This document shows, one piece after another, positions 11,901 through 26,393 of a stretch of 64,000 nt of DNA. This DNA is from Utricularia gibba (Eukaryota; Plantae; Magnoliophyta). A model generated the notes under the pieces. It was not told the origin of the DNA and searched no databases. It worked only from the letters and a program-made list of their open reading frames with translations. Within the stretch, counting starts at the first letter, position 1. Every line of letters begins with the position of its first letter. Both the position numbers and the translations under genes were made by a program. The stretch spans positions 2,728,001-2,792,000 of the forward strand of contig CM007990.1 in the NCBI GenBank assembly GCA_002189035.1. The letters run 5' to 3'.

Positions 11901-13520
11901 TTTGTGTTCTTCCATTTCGTTGCAGGAAAGTGCTCTGATATAAATTGTGATTGGTTTTGGGATTTTGATCATATAATAGAACCTTCAAAATTAGTTGAAT
12001 TACCAATTGTAGTCAAAACATAAGTAGGATTCGGATCGGAATCCTTACACTTCCACCAACATATAGCTTTTGCTCTGAAATGTAACAAATGGAAAATGTT
12101 TAGACAATGGTAGCTTCAACAAAATGGTTTGCACAACTAGTGAAGGATGATTGGTGTATTTTAGGTGTCATTTTTAATATTAGGATTAAGTTGTCCAATA
12201 AGGACTTATGTTAATAATTATTACATTTATGCTTTATGACGTAAGATTTTGTTGTGATGATTGAAGAGATTACTTGCCTGAATACAAAAGCTGAATTCAC
12301 AAGAAAAATAGAAAGAAGGAAGGGAGAGGAACGTGAGAATTAAATGCATTTTGGGATGTGAATTAAAAAAGAATTTGAACTCAGACTAAAAATCTTTTAA
12401 CTTGAACATGAATATTGTAGCACTTTTGTTCTTCCTCTCCACCATAGGGAGGAAGAAGGTTTTTTTTTTTTTTTTTCATTTTCTTTTTGTTTATGTTGAT
12501 CATTCATCACTAATTTTTTTTAGTTTCAGAGGATTGATAAAGTTTCTTTTAATATCTTGAGTACAACTTTCAGTGATTCATTGAATTTCTTCTTGATTTC
12601 ACATATTTTCATATGTAATGTTATATTTTTTCTATAATGCCTCTTAATCATGGCCCATGAGCAATGGGACACTTCAATCCTATTAGTTTGAGAAAGATAG
12701 TGAATTTTCTATGATTATGATACTTCGTTAATGCATAGATAGTGGCATTGTACCTAATTCTTAAGGCTTTAAGATTTTAGGGTAGTGCCCTTGTATGCAT
12801 ATAAGTCAATTTTGAAGGCAATCGACAGCAATCCATTTGTATTCTCAATCATTCAACATAGAACAACATGAGAGCAATTGATAGTTATTCCCTTTTCTCT
12901 TTTTAAAAAAGTGTCAAGGAGACTAGATTATTTCTTATTTTTATGACCAATTATTTGGAAAAAAAAAACTAATGAAAGTTGAAATAATGAGAGACAAAAA
13001 ATAAAAAGAGATTTTCTTTTTCAGGAATTATTTCTCTTAATCAAAGTCTATTAATTACGTTTTATATTCTATTACACTAAACACTTCCTACAAACCCATG
13101 ATAATATGCAATCGATTACCACAAAATTAATTTTACAAAACTCAACTTTTTATGATTGATACTTGTACTATAACCTTGTTCTGTTTTTGTGAATTATTTC
13201 GCTTATAGTGCTGCCCCATCCAATAAGAGCCGATTTTGTAATCAAAAATTGGAGGGGACATATCTCCATGTCAGAAAAGTTCCATGTCCAGATTTGTCTT
13301 CTCGCAAATAGAAGTACTAGAACGGAGAAGAAAACAGAGTTTTTGGGAACCATTGGAACATACGAAAAGGAGGCACAAATTCACAAAGTTCCTAAATTTC
13401 TGGGTTCATCATGTTTCGGGAATTTTGTTCTTGATAGAGAGATTTCTACCCTGATGTACAAGAGCGAGAGAAGCAGCAAGGTAGAGCAGACTCCCTGCTG
13501 TTACTCAAGATAATTTTATC

Positions 13521-13750
13521 ATGGCAGAACAAGAGAAGACCCTGAATGAACTTGATGCAGCTGACCATACGTACATAGGGCTTTGTATAAGGTTTTATGA
13601 TGACACAACCAATGAATTAAAGCTAGCTACGATTAATTTTTTGTCCAAGTATTATGGAAAAGTGGGTAAAAACCCACATGAACATCTTGACAACGTGATT
13701 GTTGTTTGCACCTCTTTTAAGAGTGCTGGTATGACTGAGGATGCTATCTG
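13521..13750 (+). pseudogene. Athila-like gag N-terminal fragment
   Basis: MAEQEKTLNELDAAD...LCIRF...ELKLATINFLSKYYGKVGKNPHEHL...VVCTSFKSAGMTEDAI matches the RTLxELAAP...ELKSGLIHLLPKFHG..GEDPHKHL...VCST pattern. Confidence 0.8.
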
Positions 13751-14754
13751 TTTTTTTTTTTTTTTTGTTATTTCTTATTTTTCTGTTATTGTCATAGTTT
13801 TTATCTGTTTGTGCACTTGCACAAGCAATTGGTCTATTTGTTTTTTTATTTTTGTTCATCATTTATTTGTGTAGATATGTAGAGAATTGATTGAGATATA
13901 ACCTATGTCCTGAATTCGAGAAGATCGATGCCGAATTAGATCAAAAAACTGGTCTACACAACAATATTGTGAAGAAGAAATTTGGAAGCATTTGCACACC
14001 AGAGTATTTATGTAAATTGGAAGAGACCCCCACTAGGTGGAAGGATAATGAAACTGAAGATGGAGTTTCAAGAAAATATGTCCTTGACTTTGCGTAAGCT
14101 GCAGAAGAGGATTGTGTTACATAGGAACATTTGGGAGCAATGGATCTTTTTGAGGACCACAACCATGAATTATTTGATCAAGGCATACATCAAAAGGAGC
14201 TTTGAAGTTCCTTAAGCTTCGTAAAAAAAAGTTTTGAAAGAAGAACTTGTCATTATAAGTAAGGATTTAATTGAAGAATATGATTTTGTTTTTAACAAAG
14301 ATATCTTTCGTAGAATACACCAACTCAAGAAAGCTTTGATCCCATGCATTGGAGCTTTCCATTTGAGTTGTACAAAGAGCAAACAAGAGCATGGTGTGAT
14401 GGGCACATGCACAAGATGAAATAATTTCGTTATTTGATATTTTAGTTAACTTGTAATTTGGTTTGGATTTGGTAGAGGATGTTTTACAAATTTTGGTATT
14501 TGGGAGTTGGGAATTTGGTTCAGTATACCACCGAATGCTCACACCTATTTGTATTTTTTTCTATTTTCATGTTTATTTTCATATTAGATTTAAGTGTGTG
14601 TGTATAGATGCTTGCTGTTAAGGATTGTGTTCAAGCTTTACTTGTAAAACTCATGCACATGTGATTGATTTACCATGTTTTTCGACATTTAATTTGAGGT
14701 TTGATTTTTTTTTTTTCGCAACGTTCTCTTTACTAACATACTTTTTAATATCAC

Positions 14755-15256
14755 ATAACCCCAAGGGAGTGTGGGAGAATCTAAGATTGGCCTCAAGAAC
14801 TTAAGGAGAATGGCTCAATCCAATATTGTTAGTAAGACAATTATGTCTAATATGTCTGCGAGATGTGTGGTGTAGGGATTAGATTTAGATGTGGAGAAAA
14901 CATGGATTATCATAAGAGGTAACATGGTTCTGATGGCGTGGTTGATTCTATAATCCCACTAAATGATGGCCGGTGCAATAATGGTTGACGAGTAATACTA
15001 TTTTTGAATAACACCCCCAGAATTTGCGCAAGCAAATCAGTACTTAGGATTTACACCATATGTATTGACTAGTTTTGAGTAAGATGGATTTTTGATCTAA
15101 AGTCACTATTTATATTATTTTTAAAACCAAATTTTTTTCTATTTTCGATGTTTTGAGTCATTTTTTTTTATAAGAAAGTTTCAATAACAATTTGTTATGG
15201 ATACTATCTTATTTTATTAATTTGATAGTTTTTGTGTACTTGTAGAATTAACATTA
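14755..15256 (+). mobile_element. 3' half of an Athila-like LTR related to the solo LTR at 32220-33412
   Basis: Colinear similarity to 32925-33412 (ggcctcaag..., gtctgcgag, ttagattt, gtggttgattc, taacacccc, gaatta.cat.a). Confidence 0.75.
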
Positions 15257-15749
15257 GTAAAATTTTCTAATTTTTACTACTTATTTAAATTGTTTAACTT
15301 TAGAAAATTAAATAATTTAATTTGTTACTAATGATGTTATTAACCATTTTAGAAAAAATGACCAGCCTACAATTATGTTATATTACAGAATCAGTAAACA
15401 TTATAGAGTAAGTTTGCGACATATTACACTCTAGTAAGATTTTTTTATGAATTTTACAAACTAATGGATCATTAAAAGTAAAACAATAAATAATAGTGTC
15501 AATATTCAAAAAAACGATGAACCTTGTTATGCAATATTTAGGAAATTGTATATCCAATATGTGAAAAAGTTATTAATAAAAAGAAAAAACGTATGTAACA
15601 AAGTCAAACTGTACATCCCTCTTCTTTACCTTATTATGAGTTCTTTGATCACTCTTTTGACTTTGTCTTAGTGAAAATTATTTTCTAATTATGAGCACCC
15701 CTAGTTTTTAATTATTGCTTTCCTCAAAATCATTAAGTCAACTAATTTT

Positions 15750-16460
15750 ATGGAAATCTATAAGAAAAGTAGTTAACATCCTTCAACCACGTAACATATG
15801 GCTTCATCTCTGGCTTGTCCTCCACTGACTTTCTCCATAAAGAGTAATGATTGGTCATTCTTTCTCGGTTTTTTGAGTTCTTTGTTGTTGTTTGAAAGTA
15901 TGTGAAAATGGAATACATAGAAGCAACCTCAAGGATGTTGACAGGACCACACCCTTGTGAGTCACACTTCATGTGTTACACCAAGCAACACTTTCCCTAA
16001 GGCTAGGGCTGCCACTTTCTTTGGAGCAGGCAATGATCAATACCTTTCTAGAACTTGTAAGAGAGTATTTGGGACTAGAAGCAAGTTGCTTGGGGTGTGC
16101 TCAAGTAAGGAAAGATAGAGAACCGGCTTACCATTACAAGGCTGAGGTCAAAGGGAACCTTGCTGTTGAAGTATTGATGAGAGACCAAGTGAGATTGATA
16201 AATCTAATTTGCTCATTCGACTGGACAAAAGGACAACTCTCCTAATTGGATCCACTATGAGCATTCTCTCTCATTCGAAGTTGTCAAATGTGACTCATCT
16301 TTGAGATAAGCAACTAGACTATGTGATTGCTCCATACTTGTCGATAAGAGTACCCTGTGGCTGATGCACCAGAATTCGGCTACATGATGAAATAGATGAG
16401 CTGATCGTAGACGGAAATTTGAGTACTCATCTTTTCCATTAAAGAACCAACCTCCCTATG
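15750..16460 (-). pseudogene. Ty1/copia gag/integrase remnants
   Basis: FFNGKDEYSNFRLRSAHLF...FW resembles the copia gag N-terminus; GCGPV...SMYS is integrase-like. Heavily decayed. Confidence 0.4.
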
Positions 16461-16886
16461 GATATAAGCATTCTTTGAATCCGTTCATCTTTGAGTGACA
16501 TTTCATCCGTGGTTTTTTTCCCATTGAGGTTTCCACGTAAAATTTGGTGTTTTTTTCGTTTTGCATTAATATCACACAACCACAAAGTTATTGTTTGAAT
16601 CAAACTCCTCGATATTCCTTTTGAGCCTGTCAGCTACATGCTAAAATATAACACTTGCCAACCATGTACATCTCCACAATTGCCCAAAAGAGGATAGAAT
16701 GGGGATGGATGTTGATTCTCCTAGGCAAAAGTTGTTCTCTGTTTAGCGTAATTACATAGTAGGTATACAAACACCAGGAAGATCGTGACATCAAAAGGGC
16801 TGAGGAGTTAGTGACCGAGCTGAAGGCCACCAAGAAGTGTATCCAAAGAATGAAGATGGAGGGATGTGGCCTCCAGAGGAACTATT

Positions 16887-18269
16887 TGATGGATGAAAAA
16901 TTTTAAAGATATCGTGGATCTAAAGATTCTTCCTATCAAAGGATTTTTTAAAACTAAACAGGCAATCTACATCTCATTCACAAAGAAAATAATATAGTAA
17001 TAGCAAATCTAGGTTGATCCATAGAGACCAAACGGTTTTCAATTGTAAGTCCTATGCGTAAGTGGTATTAAACATGAGGTTTTTGTCTTGAAGTGAGTTT
17101 CTACTCTAATGTAATTAGAAAAATTCTTAAACTAGTTTTTACACTAAAAATAGACAACAAAATATGTAAATCGATATTTTTAGAAATTTAAAAGTAAGCA
17201 TTTTACTTTATTCAAAAATTAATCATGCTTAAAAGAAAGCTTAAACATCCTAATGCTATTGTTCTGATTTACACATGAAAGTAGTGAAGAAAATGATGAA
17301 GAAAGCATGCTGAGTTGATGATAACATTTAAACAGAGTAAACTGAGGAGTAGGAAATGTAAAATGCTAGTAAATTCACGAAGATTCAAAAAAAAAGTTTT
17401 GCAGTAAAAGAAAAATATTTGTTTAGTTCTCCAAGTCAGTTTTGCGCATGCGTCATCTTCTTCTTCTCACATAGGCTGGTTCTAAGGCTTTGTTGTCTGA
17501 GTTCCTGGTTCTAATGTTGTTTTGGATGATACAGGTAGTTTTAGTGTCACATTAGAAACTGCTTCCGTTGTCTCCTTCTCAACAAGCAGGTCTCTATCTT
17601 GGCTAGATTTTGGCATCAAAGGTAAGTTCCACTGTCATACTAGAACTGTTCCTTCTTTGTCTTCTTTCTAGAAATCTGCTCAAACTCATCAGAAAAATGT
17701 CTTCCAGCATCGGAATGCCCTCTTATCCCTTTACTCAATCATGTCTAACCCCTGTTGCATGTTGTGGGGTGGCCTAGCTTCTCCCCATAATCCCTTGCTT
17801 TTTTATTTTTTTCCTTTTATACCTGCAATCAAATCATGTCAATCTGTCCCATATCTTGAAAATCAGAGTTGTCAGCATCCTGCTTTTCAGCTGCAGTAAA
17901 CCTGTAATTCTGCTTTGAGTTGCAACAGTTCTCTTCTTCTTTTTTTCCGACACTCACTTAGAAAATATCCTTTCTTGCTAATTCAGCTTCCTACGTAGAA
18001 CTGTAATTCTTGATTTGTCTATGTACTAAAAACAACTTTACAAACTGGTCAAACACAAGGCCTAGCCCAAATCGGCTGGCAGTTCCTGAGCTTGGATGAA
18101 TAGAAAAGACTACCTCAATCCACAGATTAATGCAGAAAATGGCCCAAAACATACTTTTATCAAAAACAAAATTTGATACCATTAATTTTGATATTTTCCC
18201 TATTTTAACTCACCTAATTCCTTATCAAACACTAAAAATAACACATAAATCAAATTTGACATAACATCA
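16887..18269 (-). mobile_element. Solo LTR (Athila-like), 1383 bp
   Basis: tg...ca termini (tgatgg at 16887, aacatca at 18269) with a perfect 5-bp TSD ctatt (16882-16886 / 18270-18274). Confidence 0.85.
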
Positions 18270-19379
18270 CTATTCGAACTACAAAAATGCTATATATCAA
18301 GTCAACGACTACATAGTAGACCTTTTGAGATAGACCGCGAAAGCCTACCAAGCAAAGAAGAGGGATGAGGAAGATCCTAACCAACAATTAAGCCTCTTTA
18401 ATATCTAAGTGAGCATAAAACTCACAAATGATGAGATGAGGCATTGGTTATTTACATCTAGATGATTCCTCTAGGTACCATTTGTTCTTCAATGACTTCT
18501 TCCTCTTCTATACTTAATACATAATGAACACTCATATTGCAAGACAAAAGACTAAGTTGAAGGTCTTCGAATATAACTTCAAGAGTTTTACATGGAAGGA
18601 AATTATTTTTAAAAAAAAATCCAAAATGATTAATATTTGGATGCCATAGAGGGGAAACCCAATGAGTATGGAATGAAGAAGGCTGCAAAGGATAAGCAAC
18701 TATATCCCAACAGGGGTTTAACCTTCGACCCTAAGATGCCACGTTGTGTTTAGCTATTTATGTGGAGTTAAAATAATATAAGCACATCAAACAACATCAA
18801 AGATATAACCATAGTAGCAATGCATTAAATAGGAGATGAACAGTAATATCAAATTGAAACAAGTTTTAAATAACAAAAATAAACAATCTCTTTTAGATTT
18901 ACTCATAGCTAGGAATAGGGTTCCTGCATATGAATTTTCAAAATGATTTGGAAATACATCTTATTCTTTCACTTTCTTGTTCTTATTTGATTTCTCTTCT
19001 CCTCCTCATGTTCTCCTTTCAAGTTCTTGTTTGAAGTTTAGTGTATATCCCTCCTTTATTCCTTTCTCTTTTCTTACCTCCTCGTGATTCATGTATGTTT
19101 TTTCCTCTTTTCTAGCTTGATGTCTCCTCTCCTATGGTAAGCGCGACTCTTGTAGATATCTTGGGATGTAATATATGATATGTGCTACCTTGGAAAGATA
19201 TGATTACATCAATTGTTAGACTAAATTCATATTAAAATTCGAATTTCCATCGGATAACACAATTACATTATTGATTAAAATCCCCTGAAAAATATGTGTT
19301 ATTATTTGCCTAAGCCTTCAACAAAATCAGTGACCAAAAATTCCCTTGGTCATAGGGAGCTAGGCACTTCCTCAAAATC

Positions 19380-19780
19380 TCCACCTACTCCTCCGAGATG
19401 AGTGAGATGCCTTGCACCACCCTTTTGAAATGTCTCAGGATGCCCTTCGGGGACTCTCTCTTGAAATCTTCATTATATGCTAGGTGGAGAAGAGTAAAAT
19501 GAAGTCATTGAAATACCATTGTTGAGCATCCCCTTTCAAGGTGGACACGAACAATCAACATCTCATCCCAGGCATCAGTGGTAGGTGCTAGACAAGGGGC
19601 GGTCTCGCCATTGAACCAAGGGACTCCCCCGAGTGCTCGATAACCAAGTCTTCGCATGCCATTGATGACTTGAGAGAATGAGTTGTAGGCTGGCATACCC
19701 CATGAGTAGCTTCTCTCCCTCTATGGCCTATTTCATAAGGCCTTTTGAGGGTAGTCCCAACATGCACTATCTTCATATGT
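19380..19780 (-). pseudogene. Tat/Retand-like gag remnant
   Basis: PWFNGETAP and C*LFVSTLKGDAQQWY in adjacent frames. Confidence 0.6.
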
Positions 19781-21318
19781 TGACTAGTTTTTGAGGTATT
19801 TACCCATTTAATCTTTTAATTGAGGTAATATAAAAATAATTATAAAAGATAAGGTATATTACTAATTATATTAAAAAAAATAGGTAAAATAATAATAAAT
19901 TTGAAAACTAGGATGATATAAAAATGTTTTTAAAATTAAGGTAAAAATGTTTTTGAGGGGGTCTTTGTCGGCTGTCATTATGTGCTTGGTATGCTTCTTG
20001 ATGGCTTCCTACTCAAACACAAGCTCTCTGGCTCTGTTGACTTGAGGGTCTCCAAGGTTCGCGTAAACACAGCATGTTAGCACCAGCCACCAGGGAATGG
20101 GTACCTGACCATCGCAGTAAGCCTCCGTGCTCTCCCTTCATCATTATGGCGGTGACGTGAGTAAGCATCCTTTGGTTCTATAGTGGCAAGCTCCTTGGAG
20201 ATTTTGGCAGCCCGAACATTATGGGAGTTGTTTCTTGCAATCCACAACAACGAAAACTAAAAGAACTCTAAAAATGTGCAGCATTACCTCGCTGAGGAGA
20301 TTCTCCATCGGGAACAAGTAAAATCACACAGAGGACACCCAAATGTTACGAGGGTTTGAAGATTTTTAGTTTTTTTGAGTGATTTCTAAACATCAAGTGG
20401 CTAAAAAGCATATTTGTGGACATTAGTAAGAAGACAATAATTTGCAATTCGAATAACAAGAAAAAAAAATAGGGGTGCTTATGCACTAGGAAATATTTCA
20501 TGATGGAAAAAGGGCACAAGAAGATCCAAGAATTCTGTATAGGGTTTTTGCATTCTTTGGGATACTCCTTTTTGGGATTTTTACTTCAAATATATCTAAA
20601 CTTTACCTTAGTTACACTAAATATGTCCAAACTTTCATATTTACTCCAAACCTTTTTAAACATTCATTTTTCTAACACAAAATGTGATTTTAACAATTTT
20701 GTTTGAGTGTGTACTATACGTGCGTGAATGAAAAAATAATAACAAAGTTTAATTCAAATGATATACACACAAAGTTTAACATATATACCTAAATATTTGA
20801 AATATATTTTAAATTATCTAATGAAAATAAAATTGTAATAACTTCTAAATTTGATATATGGTCTAATTATGCACACAGTTATATATTTCTTATCAAATCA
20901 ATTCATGATGAAAATAATAAATTTAAAATATTGAATACCTTTAACAATTTTATTTATACACTCAAAAAATTAACAAGAAAAATATAAATGTTTTACCATT
21001 AATACCAAATGTAGCAGAAATTGTCGACAAAATATAGGTAACAATAATTAACAAAACAAGGCAATCATTGTCAACAAATTACGACCTATATAATTGAATT
21101 TCTATTTCTTTCTTCTTCAACAGAAGTCCAATGTCAATGGTAAATGCAGCAACATCATCTTTAGTAAATTAAGAGTCACTAAACTACATATAAAAAATAA
21201 ATTAGAAAGTATTTTGATTGTATTTTAATAATAATAATAATAATAAACTTACGAAGTATGAAAATCTTTTAAAATAAAAAGTAACCTTCCTCAATGAGCC
21301 CATAGATGTGTTACCGAG

Positions 21319-22034
21319 TAATTTAGCAAAATACCCACGAAAATTTTATTGGCTGAATACCCTGCCTATTAGTGGAATAACCCTTACTTTTTTTTGTTTG
21401 CTAAATACCCCTATTTGAGGTAAGAGAAACAATAAATTAATAAAAACATATTTGATATATTCAAAATAATTAATAAATATGTTTACATATATACATATAT
21501 AATTAGATTTCATTGGTGGTGTGTAATTAACAATAAATCATAAACATACAAATAAATAATAATTACAATATATAAATATGTTCAAAATAAATAATAGATT
21601 AATATTCAATCATATTAATAATTAACACTAGAATGACAACGTATAATATAAGTTCATAAGAAATATCAAAAAAACATTTGATCCAAATATTTATTATGAA
21701 CTTGTATTCTACGTTGTCATTTAATAATTAATAATTAATTATTCATTATTAATTATTAATATGATTGAATGTAAATTTATTATTTATTTTGAACATATTT
21801 ATATATTATAATCATTATTTATTTGTATGTTTATGATTTATTGTTAATTACATGTTATCAAAAAACTCTAATTTTATATAAATATATATATATTAACGTG
21901 TTTATTAATTATATTACCTCAATTAGGGTATTCAATAACCAAAAAAATAGCAAGGGGTATTCAGCTAATTTTTCAAAAAGGTGGGGTATTCAGCCAACAA
22001 GTTTTTCGCAGAGGGGTATTTTGCCAAAGAAGCC
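21319..22034. mobile_element. Mutator-like non-autonomous foldback MITE, 716 bp
   Basis: About 110-bp TIRs (gcaaaataccc...gctgaataccc...gaggta / tacctc...gggtattcagc...ggtattttgc), AT-rich palindromic interior, 9-bp TSD gttaccgag / ggtaccgag (8/9). Confidence 0.8.
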
Positions 22035-23425
22035 GGTACCGAGTTATTTGGCAGCACTCAGTCCATCCACTTTGGATATGCACCTACCTATATTGAAATA
22101 TATTGTAAGACTAAAGTATATGAGAAAAATCCTGGTTACATGTTCTTGCCTTTGATTTCAAAGAAGGTATATATGATATATGTTCATATGACTATTATTC
22201 ACCAAATGTTTTAAGTAAATTCCAAGCAAATAGATAATACACAGTTTTCAGCGTTTTAGAAATATAAAATGAGTAATATTATGTTATAAAATTAGAATAT
22301 TATCAAGCATTTTCATGTTTTAACTTTTCTTAGAGCAATGCACCACTTTCTTAGCAATCCAAATCTCGAGTAGACAAAAGTGCACACCGAAGGTGGTAGG
22401 AAATGAGAACAAAAGGAAGGAGAAAGAGTACCAAATTTCAAAGATTGGAAAAGAAATTTTTGGACATGATGGGGGGCAAGAGAAAAATATCTCTCCTTGT
22501 TAGAACATGAAACACAGTTTAGGGAAGGAGCTCGGAAAGAAAAATTGTAAAAGAACAAAGATGAAGAAAACAAAGAAGAAGAATTCAGCTACATTTGAAT
22601 ATTTTTTTTATCAAGAATACTACTCATAATCAGTAGTGGATCGCAAATAATATTTCATCATTTTATTGGAAACTATTTCGATTTCATGTTATTGTTTATC
22701 TTTTTTTTGTAAAATTGTGACATGAAAATATTGATGATGATATTATATGCATTAGTTTTATTTTTTTTAATATGAGTATGTAAGCACCAAGTGGTGGTTT
22801 GGGGAAAAAAGAGACAAGTATGCTCATTGTTCTTCAAAGTATGCTAGCCTTATAATTGCATTATGTTTTGAACAAATCAAAATAGATCTAAGAGGGGGAA
22901 ATAGTGGTATATTCATCATAAAGCAACCTTAATTAGAAGTAGGTTAAAGATTAAAGGAGCACATAGGTTAAGATTTGAACTTTTGTTGAATAAATGAATG
23001 ATTAAGGGTAATGATGAGTATATTATTCCTGAAAGTTTTAAGATATTGCATTGTTTCCTTTTAGGCATAAATCTGATTTACTTGTTTATTTTTTGACTGA
23101 ATTTCATCGTAGAACTGCATTAGAATTAGCTTGGATTTTATCTACCATCGTGAAAAAAAAATAGAATCCATTAGCCTTCACATGAGAAGTACAAAGCTCC
23201 TCATTTTCGATCCTAATCCATTATGCTCGTATTTGTTTTATGATTGATTGTGAATTAGATTTATAAATTTATTTAGTAGGAAAATTAGTATTTATATGAC
23301 GTGTGTGAACTTTCCGTTGATCACAAACCTATCCAAGAAATATTAATATACATAGTCATTTCATGAATTAGTAAACATTGCTTTTCATTTAGGAGCAGTT
23401 TATAAGGTTTCTTGTAGATATCACA

Positions 23426-24865
23426 TGTCACAAAAGCAGCGAAATTTAAAACTTTTCAAAAAAACCCAAGTCGTAGATCTTGGAATATGGTATACGTCAA
23501 ATAAAGAGATACTTTTCAATGGGACTTCGTTGTTCACCAACCGCCAATAGTAGATAGCATCTACGGTATCTACGTATGAAACACTCCATCGATAAGCTAC
23601 TCAAGGGTACAAAATGATGGTCGATCTCCTCAAATTTTAGTAGAGAGTGAAGATATGAAAATCTCTACATATCGAATCTTTCTTATTATCTTATATAGAT
23701 ATTCGATAACATATCTAATGAAATATCCGTAAAAATCTTATCTCGTGGAAATCTAGTAGATATATATGTTCTTAAATCTTATCTATAGCAGATTTTTTTA
23801 TTTTGAGTTTAATCAATATTAATATCAAAATAACTCTTCATTTAATTTATCCATTTCACCAATTACATCTCATGTACTTACGTCATTCTATTTTATATCG
23901 ATAAGTGACTTCATTATTGTATCTAACTCTATAGGCTTCTTCAATCAAAGCCATAATAATGAATTTATTAATTAACTCTTCATTAATTAAATCCATTATT
24001 ATCAATCATGAGTGATGTCTAGCAACATATCATGATCCTTAAGATTTATGAATAATTAGGTGAACTGATTGACCCTTTCTATGATCAATACTTATATCTA
24101 ATTCGATACCAGAACATGGATGTGTGTTTTTGATGTATCGAACTTATAATTACATTTAAGCACTAACATTCAATAACCTATTCAAACTCTTCGAGTGTCA
24201 TTAACCTGAACCCAAGTCTTACTATTAGGTTTTGATGCAATTACTTGAGATAAGATCTCATAGCTAAAATGATTGATGAATTCTTAATTGATCAATCAAC
24301 TATCTCCAAACTTAAGGAGTCTCATCCCTTCTCATCCATACTAAGCAAGCCATAGTTAGACTCTCATTAGTAATGAACGAAAATGTGAGTTTAATATCAA
24401 GATAACTTAGTTGATCTCAAGTCTAAGTTTACTTGCATGGTTGCCATATTATAGATCTTGCTACTGACACTTTGTTAGCTTTCCGTAATAACATCTTGAA
24501 GAAGGTCTTCCAGTGAATCAATTATCTAATCGACATCTACATATTGGTTCTAGTAATCTCATTTCATCAATTGTAAGAATCATTCCCAAAACAATTTAGG
24601 AAACTCAATATTTGTGAGCTTATCCGCATTTGTGATATCTTCACTTCACAAATACTTTAGCCATGGAATTTTTAACTTGAAAACAAATGCTTTAAGAATC
24701 TCATATTATTATCTTATCATAATTTCTACAACACATAGATAGTGTATTGGATTTTATCAATGATATAAATTCAATCACAATTCAAAGTAAACCCCCTCGT
24801 GTATGTTTTGAAAAACTTTGTCTCTTTCCCTCTTGTGATTCTCTCTCATCGCATTTCCCAAAACA
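23426..24865 (-). mobile_element. Long copia (Angela-like) LTR with a possible degenerate PBS on its left
   Basis: Minus-strand start tgttttgggaaatgc (24865) and end ...tttaaatttcgctgcttttgtgaca (23426), followed by tgtgatatcta (PBS-like). The interior is homologous to 44730-45175. No TSD. Confidence 0.6.
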
Positions 24866-24959
24866 GGTACAGCTCTGCTGCTCCTACTCCTGACTTGCAG
24901 ATTGTTGCTGCGATAGTATACTCATTGCTCCCTGCTGCACGGTGACTTGCACGAAATCC

Positions 24960-25176
24960 TTGTTCTTTTACATGCTTTTCGGGTTGCTGCTAGACTCAAA
25001 ATTGGGTTAGAACATGAGTGGGATAAATCAAAGGATTTAGCCCATTAATCACACCAAAAATCATATTTTCCTAAATTATACAGAAAAATATTTAAAACTA
25101 TAAAATAAACAATTAAACATAATTAAAAACTTGTAATTTTCATATCCTAAAAATAGAAAAATTTGTTTGCTATCAA
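24960..25176 (-). mobile_element. 5' fragment of the Athila-like LTR family seen at 455-1812
   Basis: The reverse complement aligns to about 455-600 (aatatgatttttg.tgtgatta.tgggctaaatc...tctaaccc.atttt.gagtctagcagca.ccc). Confidence 0.75.
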
Positions 25177-26393
25177 TACCCATTCTTGGACAGCGAGCAA
25201 AAAGGCTCTTTCATGTTAAATCCCTAATGACTCTCTCAATATGGTTTACCTGATGCTTCTTTCAACTTGTCGGGGTACACCTAAACTCAAGAGTCAGGCG
25301 GACACAAGAGAAAAATGAGGGAACTGAGGCCATTTTTCCTTCCACATAACACATACATAGAGAATGAATATCCTCCATTAGCAAGACTTCAAACTTTGTA
25401 TCAATATATAATCTATAAATATATCTGAAGCAAAATATTAAATAATCTAAAATTGAGGGGAAAAAAGATAAAGAATATTGATTAACAAATACTCCAACAT
25501 CTTCTGAATGGAAGCAGTACGATGCATCTCCTATGGGTAGCGGTAAGGAATTGGGCATCGACATACTCGTCCTTTCCCCCCCCCAATCAAGAACAAATCC
25601 TGCCTGTGGGAGTGGATCATATTGATGCAATCGCTCTTTTTGATTAAATGCTTATCCACAATCCTCATACGTTTATCCACTATTCAGTTTTGTTGTTTCC
25701 GCGGGTGGTTGGCTTTTCAATCATTGTCTTTTGTCATTGTCTGCTAGATTTTTTAGGTTGTCGGAAAGGAATGTGGAGTAGGATGCGCCAGAATGGATAT
25801 TTACATTACACTCGTGGACTAAATATTTGCTTCCGATGTTGATAGATTGCAATGTTTTGGAACGTTGTGCGTGTTCTTGACGATGCTGAGTTATCCACGA
25901 TTTGATTCCTGATATTTCCGCCAACTACTTCAAGTTTATTTCCGTGATGGTTATAAATTTGAACTCTTTCTGAATTTCATCAAATAATTTCCCTTCTCTA
26001 CCCAGGTCTCTGCTTCATCCTTGATTCATTGTGCAACGCTTCTTATTCCATATGGTCTTTGATCATTTGATATTTCACTTTGATTACCTTGAGCTCGAAC
26101 GATATCTCGTTTGGTCTTGGTCATCTTTCTCGCATACTTTTTCTTTTGGATAACAAGCTCTATACTGGTAAAAATGCTGTTGTTTTGTCCAGCCACTTTC
26201 TATTCCCAATTAACAATCGTGGTTGCGCTGTTTTCATGTTTTTGCTGCTACTTATAGTTTGGTATTTTGCTTCCTGCCATATGTGTTTTTTTTTTCAATC
26301 AAATCTTTTCTAAGGTGCATTTCAACCACGCTGATGTTTTGCAGACCGACCAACAAGTGAATGAGAAAGTCTTTTGACCTGCATCTTTCACGT

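Noticed and set aside
18174-18181. tgatacca as a Met-tRNA primer-binding site
   Set aside because: It lies inside a TSD-bounded solo LTR, about 90 bp from its end, and lacks the rest of the PBS.
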